IMG/VR virus record: IMGVR_UViG_3300009551_000002
Coordinates: 64,001 to 119,411 of that record
DNA from: a virus
Lineage: Duplodnaviria; Heunggongvirae; Uroviricota; Caudoviricetes
Length of the DNA: 55,411 nt
Reading direction: 5' to 3' (one strand)
Position numbers and translations under genes: made by a program. Each line of letters begins with the position of its first letter. The stretch's first letter is position 1. The notes under the pieces are model-generated. The model worked only from the letters and a program-made list of their open reading frames with translations. It did not search any database and was not told the origin of the DNA. Shown here in pieces: positions 8,207 through 15,410 of the stretch.

Positions 8207-8452
8207 ATGATTAAATCTGACCCGGTACTCTATCGAGCAGTGTGCGACGTCTGCGATAAGGTATCGAAGATGGTTGGCATGTCTCCCGGCAAGGCCGAGG
8301 GTGCGGTGCTCGACCTCACGCACAGTCAAGTAGGTCGTCCGTGGGTCAAGAATGATGACAAGCTTTACTGCGACGACTGTGCTGTCAAGCTACTCGGCAC
8401 CGAAGGTTACTTCGCCGCCACCGACAAACGCGTGCTCGCTGCTACAAAGTAG
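8207..8452 (+). CDS. Hypothetical protein with two CxxC motifs
   Basis: CDVC and CDDC. Confidence 0.65.
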   Translation: MIKSDPVLYRAVCDVCDKVSKMVGMSPGKAEGAVLDLTHSQVGRPWVKNDDKLYCDDCAVKLLGTEGYFAATDKRVLAATK

Positions 8453-8457
8453 AAGAT

Positions 8458-8658
8458 ATGCGATTGACTCCAGAAGATGTCCTGACCCGCAAGCAGCAGG
8501 AAGCTCTGGACGTACAGGACCCTAGTCGTCATCGTGGCAATATCGAAGCGGCTCGCCGGGCTGGAATCACAGTCACCGCTTTGAAGCTACGCCGTAGACG
8601 TGCTCGTTGTATACTGATCACAATCGGACTGGACCCGCAGTGGAGGAAGGAAGCATGA
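8458..8658 (+). CDS. Small basic HTH-like protein
   Basis: LTRKQQEAL...AARRAGITVTALKLRRRRA resembles a sigma region 4/LuxR-like HTH. Confidence 0.5.
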   Translation: MRLTPEDVLTRKQQEALDVQDPSRHRGNIEAARRAGITVTALKLRRRRARCILITIGLDPQWRKEA

Positions 8659-8888
8659 ATGTGTCGGAGGAGCCTCTCTATAAGATTGGAGAAGAAGTCC
8701 TTGTAAAGGAGATTTTCGGCACCTTCGACCCAGCAACTAGTATTTTCACATACGCAGTGACGCCTGGGAGTTATATCTTACCCGGTGATCGTCTCGTGCT
8801 CGCTACGGCTGCGTTTGACAAAAAGCGTCGAGTACTCCAGGTCTGGCGAAAATTCTTCCCAGCTTCGCAGCGTGAGGTAAAAATATGA
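8655..8888 (+). CDS. Hypothetical protein
   Basis: GGAGGAAGG upstream of ATG 8655, ATGA overlap. Confidence 0.6.
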   Translation: MNVSEEPLYKIGEEVLVKEIFGTFDPATSIFTYAVTPGSYILPGDRLVLATAAFDKKRRVLQVWRKFFPASQREVKI

Positions 8889-9628
8889 TTCAGCCTATCC
8901 GTATTTATGGCGATCCGGTCCTCGAACAGGTATGCGCTGAAGTCAAAGACTTCGCGGCACCGGAAGTAAAGAGCGTGATTCAGGATTTACTCGATACCTG
9001 TCAGGCTACCGAGAACAGTGCCGGGCTGGCCGCTCCACAGATCGGTGTCCTCCTGCGTGTCGCCGTCGTACGCACGTCGTTCAACAAAAACAAGAATGAC
9101 TTCCTCGTTCTGATCAATCCGCGTGTCGTTTCCCAATCCGGTCGATCTGAGGAACAGGAAGGCTGTCTCTCCATCCCAGGCCACCGGGACAAAATGACAC
9201 GCGCTGACTCAGTCACCGTCCAATATCAGGACCAGTTCAGTGAGGTGCAGTCCGTAAAGGGAACCGGTTTCTTTGCCCGCGCCCTGGTACACGAGATCGA
9301 TCATTTGGATGGACGCCTGTTCATCCATTACTTCGGCGGCGCTTACTGTGCAGCCGTCAAAGAGTGGCTAGGCCGTCAATCAGGAGTCGTCCACTATACC
9401 GAAAATTGGCAGGAAACGGAGAAGCCCATTGAGAAATCAAGCGAGCCGACGCCCGGCAGTGCCTTTCCGGCAGTTTCTGGTGTTAGTCCCCAGGAAATAC
9501 GGGCTCTCCCTGATACCGAGGAGATACCTGCTCTCCCAGAAGCGTCCTTCGTCCAAGCGACGCGGGAGGAGGACGACCTCCTGATCGATGATGACATTAG
9601 CGGCGAAATGGCAGACCGGGAACAATAA
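8885..9628 (+). CDS. def: Peptide deformylase with an acidic C-terminal extension
   Basis: All three PDF motifs present: GLAAPQIG, EGCLS, HEIDHLDG. Confidence 0.95.
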   Translation: MIQPIRIYGDPVLEQVCAEVKDFAAPEVKSVIQDLLDTCQATENSAGLAAPQIGVLLRVAVVRTSFNKNKNDFLVLINPRVVSQSGRSEEQEGCLSIPGHRDKMTRADSVTVQYQDQFSEVQSVKGTGFFARALVHEIDHLDGRLFIHYFGGAYCAAVKEWLGRQSGVVHYTENWQETEKPIEKSSEPTPGSAFPAVSGVSPQEIRALPDTEEIPALPEASFVQATREEDDLLIDDDISGEMADREQ

Positions 9629-9664
9629 TAATCAACAATTTACGAGCATATTTCGTATATTCGT

Positions 9665-9693
9665 TTGACACGATTTCCCAGTGGGCATAACCT
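9665..9693 (+). promoter_or_regulatory. Sigma70-like promoter TTGACA-N17-TAACCT
   Basis: Consensus -35 with 17-nt spacer in the intergenic region upstream of the packaging operon. Confidence 0.55.
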
Positions 9694-9807
9694 ACGCAAT
9701 CAGATAACCACCGCACTGTCCCAGGATACGTGTAGGTTATCGACGGTAGCCTGATCGGACATTCCACAACCCGATGGAGGTCAGGCGATTGGGAGGAATC
9801 GACCGCA

Positions 9808-10215
9808 GTGTTAGTCTCGTTACCGTCGTATCTCACTAGTAAGCACGTTTCGATCCCTCAAGACGTTTTCGGAGACTATTCCTTTCGGCTGATCGACGAT
9901 CGTGTGCGTGCGTTCAATGTTCGGGGCCTACCCATCAGGGGCGGGATCGCTCTTTTCGACCTGGACGCGACGGCGCGGACCCGCAGTTGCTTCACTGGCT
10001 GGGTCCTGACGCGGACCATTGATTTCGTTCAGCTAACGCTAAAAGAGGAAGCCTGGAGCGCCCTTTTAGCGTCCACCGGGCTGCGCTCCTATCCACGAGG
10101 AGCGCGGCCTTTCTGTCATCGCTGCATGAAGCCTTACACAGGCTTTCAATCCTGCCCGCGATGCTTTGGTATTCGCACGGAATCGATCGAGGAGTTAGCA
10201 AAGCGTCTTTTATGA
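9808..10215 (+). CDS. Hypothetical protein with a C-terminal Zn finger
   Basis: GGGAGG SD plus GTG; CHRC-x9-CPRC. Confidence 0.65.
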   Translation: MLVSLPSYLTSKHVSIPQDVFGDYSFRLIDDRVRAFNVRGLPIRGGIALFDLDATARTRSCFTGWVLTRTIDFVQLTLKEEAWSALLASTGLRSYPRGARPFCHRCMKPYTGFQSCPRCFGIRTESIEELAKRLL

Positions 10216-10559
10216 TCATTTCTGCGAAGCGCATCCCGAAATACCTTCACGGACTGAAATTTCCGGTCGACGTCCTCGAAGAAAAGAGCAAACGCGTCGC
10301 TTTCGTGTTGATGAACCGTGAGGAACTCCTCGCGATGTGCGACGTCGAGGCGTTGACGGCCAACGGCACCTGGAACAAGATCAAGTACATTCGAGTGAAC
10401 CGTCCGATGCGGGAAATCGAAGCTCTGCGAATGAAGTTAAGAGCAGTGCTCCCTGTGGCTGAAGATTCCCGTACGGTACAGCGCGACCATAACACGTACT
10501 TGTTTCACCCGCGCCGGTCGCGAGCCTTTTCACCTAGGAATCGAGAGCGAGAACAGTGA
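10212..10559 (+). CDS. Hypothetical protein
   Basis: ATGA overlap at both ends. Confidence 0.6.
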   Translation: MIISAKRIPKYLHGLKFPVDVLEEKSKRVAFVLMNREELLAMCDVEALTANGTWNKIKYIRVNRPMREIEALRMKLRAVLPVAEDSRTVQRDHNTYLFHPRRSRAFSPRNREREQ

Positions 10560-11344
10560 CGAAAGCAGCCCGTGATAAAAAAGCTGAGAATGAGCGCCGC
10601 CAGAAGATCCTGGACGAAGAAGCCGGTCTCGCGCGTTCCGCACAGCGTCAAATCAACGATCGTATGGCGCAGTCCAAGCCTTCGAGCGTGATCGCCAAGG
10701 TAGGCGCACCCGGCACGCGGTTCCCGTTGGGTTCCGACGTCGCCGTCGCCGAAGAAGACCGCGACGACCTCGAAATTCGTACTGGTCTGCGACTTCACAA
10801 CAACCCCACGACGCCGATCGATACTTTCGTCTCTTCTCTGTTGGACCGGCAGTTCGAGTGGGATGACGTCGCGGATAAGGCTGCCCGATGTGCTGCCGAG
10901 GGGATGCCGCCGACGCTCATCTGCCAGAATTTGGGCCTGCATCCTCACGTTTTCGAGTCGTGGATGACGAACACGGAGTTTCGTCTTCGCATCCGGCAGT
11001 ATCTCGAAGCTCTGAGTGAACACGTGATGCTGTCGGGGTTGGCCAATCGCGCGCATCGTCTGATTGCCGCGAACGAACGATGGGCTGCACAGAAGACCAT
11101 CGTCGCGCAGCGTGCGAAACGCGCCAAGGAGAATCCGGAACTCGAAAAGGTCCCCGGCGCTACGACCGGTTGGGTAACCGACAAAGGCGAATACGACGTC
11201 GCGCTCGCCAAGGAAATGCGCGACACCGAAAAGCAGGGCGCGATCGAAGTCGGCCAGTGGCAAGAAGGTGGAGCGCCTGCCTCCAAGATCGAAATCGTTT
11301 ACGCTGACAAGCAATTGATCATCAATCACAACGAACAGCAATGA
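10556..11344 (+). CDS. terS: Terminase small subunit
   Basis: Directly upstream of and overlapping terL; HTH-like middle region; EMRDTEKQGAIEVGQW C-terminal pattern. Confidence 0.7.
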   Translation: MTKAARDKKAENERRQKILDEEAGLARSAQRQINDRMAQSKPSSVIAKVGAPGTRFPLGSDVAVAEEDRDDLEIRTGLRLHNNPTTPIDTFVSSLLDRQFEWDDVADKAARCAAEGMPPTLICQNLGLHPHVFESWMTNTEFRLRIRQYLEALSEHVMLSGLANRAHRLIAANERWAAQKTIVAQRAKRAKENPELEKVPGATTGWVTDKGEYDVALAKEMRDTEKQGAIEVGQWQEGGAPASKIEIVYADKQLIINHNEQQ

Positions 11345-12858
11345 CCGCGCCTCCAAAAGTTCCGGTATCGGGACGTGAGGGCAATAAGCTCACCGTCGTA
11401 TTCCCGCGACCGCATTCTGCTCAACAGAAGATCATCGCGGAAGCCAAGCGTTTCAATGTTCTCTGCTGCGGCGCGCGTTTTGGTAAGACGACTCTTGGCA
11501 TCGATCGTATCGCGCATCCTGCCATCCAGGGTTACCCCTGTTCGTGGTTCGCGCCGACGTATAAACTCCTCGCCGAGCCTTGGCGCGAGATGCAGACGTC
11601 GAATTGGCTCGGACCTCTGATCTCGCGCAAAGACGAGACTGAGCATCGTCTCGAACTCGTCACAGGCGGCTCGATCGATTGTTGGAGTCTCGAAGATGCC
11701 GACGACAATACGGCTCGTGGACGTCGTTACAAAGTCGCCGTCGTCGACGAAGCTGCCGGTGTCAAGAACCTCATTTCTGTCTGGCAGCGCCTAATTCGTA
11801 CTCGCCTTGCTGACTATCGCGGCGATGCTTGGTTTCTGTCGACCCCCCGTGGCATGGGCGGGTTCAAGACACTCTTCGATTACGGCCAGGACCCACGGTT
11901 CGCCGAATGGAATTCCTGGCGGATGCCGACAGCGTCGAATCCCCATATTCACCCGGACGAAATTGAGTCCGCACGTTTGGAGTTGACGGACGCGCGGTTC
12001 CGCCAGGAGTATTTAGCTGAGTTCGTCAACTGGGAAGGCGCGGTATTTCGCAAGATTCGCGACGCGATCGTCGCGGATTGCCTCCAAAAAGGCCCTATCG
12101 CCGGTCACCAGTACGTAATCGGCGTCGATTGGGGCCGATCGATCGATTTCACCGTATTTGTAGTTATCGACGTTACGATGCGCCGCGTGGTGGCGATCGA
12201 CCGTTCCAATCAGGTCGATTACACTCTGCAACGTGGTCGTCTTCAGGCTCTCCGTGATCTCTGGCAGCCGATTTCTATCACGGTAGAAGCCAATTCTATC
12301 GGTGAGCCGATCATCGAGCAGTTGGAGCGTGATGGCGTCCGTGTGACGCCGTTCATGACGTCGAATGCTTCTAAAACCGAAGCCGTCGAAGCACTGGCCC
12401 TGGCTTTTGAGCGGGAGCAGATCGGTATCCCCGACGATGCAGCGATGATCAGCGAGCTTGAGTCCTTTACGGGCACCGTGCTCCCCTCGGGCATGATTCG
12501 TTATTCTGCTCCGACTGGCCAGCATGACGACATCGCGATGGCACTGGTCATCGGCTGGTACGCCGCGTTCGCCGGTATCCAGGTTCTTGGTCTCGTCGAG
12601 TATGTCCGCGAACTAAAAGAGCAGGGCGTTCCGATCTTGGGTAGCGCGCCTGTTATGACTATGGCGCGGGCTCAAGAGATAGAGACGATCAAGCGCCGGG
12701 TCAGCGAGATTGTCAAAGAGTGTTGCATGGCTTGTGGCGCAACCTGCATCGTGCGTATCGGAGCGATGATCCAGTGCAACCAATGTGGGCATCGCGTCGA
12801 TCACACGAAATTCGATGCTGCTCCGTCACGTGGCGAGTGGCTCAAGAGAGCATCATGA
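11341..12858 (+). CDS. terL: Terminase large subunit with a C-terminal Zn-ribbon extension
   Basis: Walker A CGARFGKT, Walker B VVDEAA, STPRG, nuclease GVDWG..DFT, HDDIAMAL. Confidence 0.93.
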   Translation: MTAPPKVPVSGREGNKLTVVFPRPHSAQQKIIAEAKRFNVLCCGARFGKTTLGIDRIAHPAIQGYPCSWFAPTYKLLAEPWREMQTSNWLGPLISRKDETEHRLELVTGGSIDCWSLEDADDNTARGRRYKVAVVDEAAGVKNLISVWQRLIRTRLADYRGDAWFLSTPRGMGGFKTLFDYGQDPRFAEWNSWRMPTASNPHIHPDEIESARLELTDARFRQEYLAEFVNWEGAVFRKIRDAIVADCLQKGPIAGHQYVIGVDWGRSIDFTVFVVIDVTMRRVVAIDRSNQVDYTLQRGRLQALRDLWQPISITVEANSIGEPIIEQLERDGVRVTPFMTSNASKTEAVEALALAFEREQIGIPDDAAMISELESFTGTVLPSGMIRYSAPTGQHDDIAMALVIGWYAAFAGIQVLGLVEYVRELKEQGVPILGSAPVMTMARAQEIETIKRRVSEIVKECCMACGATCIVRIGAMIQCNQCGHRVDHTKFDAAPSRGEWLKRAS

Positions 12859-13121
12859 CACCAAATTCCTTGCAGGGAGTCCTGAACGGGGCGGAAGCGT
12901 CCTCCTCCGAGCGTAACCGCCCCTACGGGATCGATACTACGACAGCCGGTACGCTCCAGGAGCGCTATTTCATGATTCTGGCCGGGCTACTCGAAAAGAA
13001 CCTCGCCGTGCAGATCGAGATCCGCGATATGCTGACGGCTCTGAATAAGCCTACAGTCGTACCCGAAACTCCTGCCCAGCAGACCCAGCAAAGAAAGAAG
13101 GATCGTGATGAAAAGAAATAA
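12855..13121 (+). CDS. Hypothetical protein
   Basis: ATGA overlap with the terL stop. Confidence 0.6.
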   Translation: MTPNSLQGVLNGAEASSSERNRPYGIDTTTAGTLQERYFMILAGLLEKNLAVQIEIRDMLTALNKPTVVPETPAQQTQQRKKDRDEKK

Positions 13122-13542
13122 AGTGGCCTATACCCTCTCGATCGTGATCGCGGTCATCTTCGCTGCGATGCTTACGATGCCGGATAGCACGCATGCGCAG
13201 AACGGCTATCCGCAACTGACCAATTTCGTCGTCGTTCGTCCGCAGGCAATCCCGACTTCGGCCACTGATGTCATCAAGCAGAATGCCTACGTGTGTTATG
13301 CCGACTTCACGGCGACTGGCCAGACTATCTCTGTACAGGATCGGCAGGCGACTCCGGTGGTGTGGCTCAATAATGCATTGGGGGCTTCAGGGAGCGCCAG
13401 CACTTGGTTCTTCACGCCGATCATTCCGAATGCGTGTCGCCCCATGCCGAATGGGATTACGGTGCAGGCTGGTGGTGCTGGCGTCACAGGCACGATGGTC
13501 ATCGGCTGCCCGACACGTTGCGTATTGACCTGGGGTTTCTAA
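13108..13542 (+). CDS. Secreted protein (signal peptide, mature Gln, 4 Cys)
   Basis: MKRNK + hydrophobic core + THA/QNGY cleavage pattern; start may be GTG 13105. Confidence 0.65.
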   Translation: MKRNKVAYTLSIVIAVIFAAMLTMPDSTHAQNGYPQLTNFVVVRPQAIPTSATDVIKQNAYVCYADFTATGQTISVQDRQATPVVWLNNALGASGSASTWFFTPIIPNACRPMPNGITVQAGGAGVTGTMVIGCPTRCVLTWGF

Positions 13543-13543
13543 C

Positions 13544-13849
13544 GTGCTTTGGGTCTGGATCAAGAAATCTCTCTGGGACGCGTGGTTAGCGCTCTATTGG
13601 CTGTTTGTTCCGCCGCCGCCTTCTTATAAGCCCCCCGTGCCGCACCGGGTAATCAGCCCTAACACTGATTGCCCGGCTTGCGGCAACGCATCCGGCAAGA
13701 TCGAATGTGTTCCGATGATTGAGGCGACTGCCCCTGGCGTAGTAATCCGGCACACGTGTAACATCTGCGGTGCGAATTGGCACGAAGCAACTGTCATTAA
13801 GGGCGATGATCCTTCAGTGCTCTTTCCGTCATTGAATTCTCTCACTTAA
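13544..13849 (+). CDS. Zn-ribbon protein with a Trp-rich N-terminal membrane segment
   Basis: LWDAWLALYWLFV; CPAC...CNIC. Confidence 0.6.
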   Translation: MLWVWIKKSLWDAWLALYWLFVPPPPSYKPPVPHRVISPNTDCPACGNASGKIECVPMIEATAPGVVIRHTCNICGANWHEATVIKGDDPSVLFPSLNSLT

Positions 13850-13862
13850 ACCGTCACCTATC

Positions 13863-15380
13863 ATGGCTGGTAATCGCGTTCTCAACCTCGGTACGATGGC
13901 TCGTATGCTCACCGATAGAGCCCAACAGGCGCTCTATCCTTCGAGCAATCAGACTCCATCTATCGCGTCCATTCCAGCGTCTGCGTGGCCGAATCCTTTA
14001 CAGCCGGTCAAGCCATTCGGACCTCCCGGATCGAAGCCGCTCAACTTTCCATTCTTCGAGGGGCAGAACCTCAATTTCACGGCTCGCCCGGACGCCGAGT
14101 ATACGGCCTCAGAACTTCGTTCTCTCGCGACTTATCCTCTCGCTCGTATCTGTATCGATAACGTAAAGGACATCGTCTGTCAGACCGAATGGACGGTCGG
14201 CCTCAAGGCGATCCCCGGCGAAACGCAGCGAGAACGCGCCAAGCGCCAAAAGGGCGACGAGAATATCGTCAATCTCTCTCGTTTCTTCGAGTATCCGGAT
14301 CGTGTTACCGACTGGGCGACATGGTCACGTGGTCTCATCGAGAACTTGCTCACGATCGACGCTGGGTCTTGTCTCATTGAGCGTTCCGGACGCGGCAAAG
14401 TTGCTGCCGTTCGTACGGTCGACGGCGCTTCCATCTCGCGTTACATCGACGAACGCGGTCTGACTCCTCTACCGCCCGGCAAAGCCTACACGCAACTTTG
14501 GTACGGGCAGCCGCGCGTCGACTTCACGACCGACGAATTACTCTACGGCGTGCGCAATATCGTCCCGCGTGACACGATTTCCTCATATCTGTATGGAATG
14601 TCCCCCACGGAATCGATCGCGCCTGAGATCAAAATCGGCATCGAGCGTCTGAACTTCACACTGGCGTATTACACGTCCGGCTCGATTCCTGACGTGATCC
14701 AGATTGCCCCTCCCGGCATCAATCCGGATCAGATCAAAGAAGCGATGACGGCGAATAACGCGGTTCTCGCTGGTAACTTAGCCCGTCGCCGTCAATGGAC
14801 GATCCTGCAAGGCTTTCAGAAAGAGGGTAAGCCTGATCAGATTCTGTTCCCCAAAGAACAGTTGCTCGCCGACCCGTTCGACGACGTGCATATCCGCAAA
14901 GTCGCCTATGCTTATGGTGATTCTCCGCAGCGCCTGCAAAAGATGATGAACCGCGCCAGTTCGGAGTCGAATCAAACCGCTTCAGAAGAAGAGGGCATCA
15001 CTCCTTGGGTGATCTGGCTCCAGTCTATCCTCAATCGCATCATCCAGCAGTACATGATGATGACCGACTACGAGATCACCTTCAAGCAGGAACGCGAGTC
15101 CGACATCAAGAAGCTCATGGAAACCGATGTCGGCTACGTCAAGAACGGCGGCTACTCTTGGAACGAACGCCGTGAGCTTCGTGGTGACGATCCGCGTCCG
15201 GAGCCCGAAGCCGACGAACTCGGCATCATTACCGCGAATGGCTGGATGCAAATCGGCAAGACGTTCCAGGCGACTCCTGGCGGCGGTGACTCCGGCGATC
15301 ATGGCTCGCCGTCATCTCCTGTCGGCACTCCCGGCGAGAAAGCTCTTCGTCTCGTCGAGCGCGGTGCGGTAACCGCATAA
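13863..15380 (+). CDS. Portal protein
   Basis: 505 aa between terL and the protease; YGMSP..., YYTSGSIP, KVAYAYGDSPQRL, SWNERRE patterns of HK97-like portals. Confidence 0.88.
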   Translation: MAGNRVLNLGTMARMLTDRAQQALYPSSNQTPSIASIPASAWPNPLQPVKPFGPPGSKPLNFPFFEGQNLNFTARPDAEYTASELRSLATYPLARICIDNVKDIVCQTEWTVGLKAIPGETQRERAKRQKGDENIVNLSRFFEYPDRVTDWATWSRGLIENLLTIDAGSCLIERSGRGKVAAVRTVDGASISRYIDERGLTPLPPGKAYTQLWYGQPRVDFTTDELLYGVRNIVPRDTISSYLYGMSPTESIAPEIKIGIERLNFTLAYYTSGSIPDVIQIAPPGINPDQIKEAMTANNAVLAGNLARRRQWTILQGFQKEGKPDQILFPKEQLLADPFDDVHIRKVAYAYGDSPQRLQKMMNRASSESNQTASEEEGITPWVIWLQSILNRIIQQYMMMTDYEITFKQERESDIKKLMETDVGYVKNGGYSWNERRELRGDDPRPEPEADELGIITANGWMQIGKTFQATPGGGDSGDHGSPSSPVGTPGEKALRLVERGAVTA

Positions 15381-15410
15381 TCTCAAACTCTTCGTATTTC
15401 CTCAACTCTT

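Noticed and set aside
10505-11356. 283-aa antisense ORF over terS; similar cases at 19901-20806, 25357-26259 and 27148-28137
   Set aside because: Fully overlap well-supported + strand genes and have no motifs
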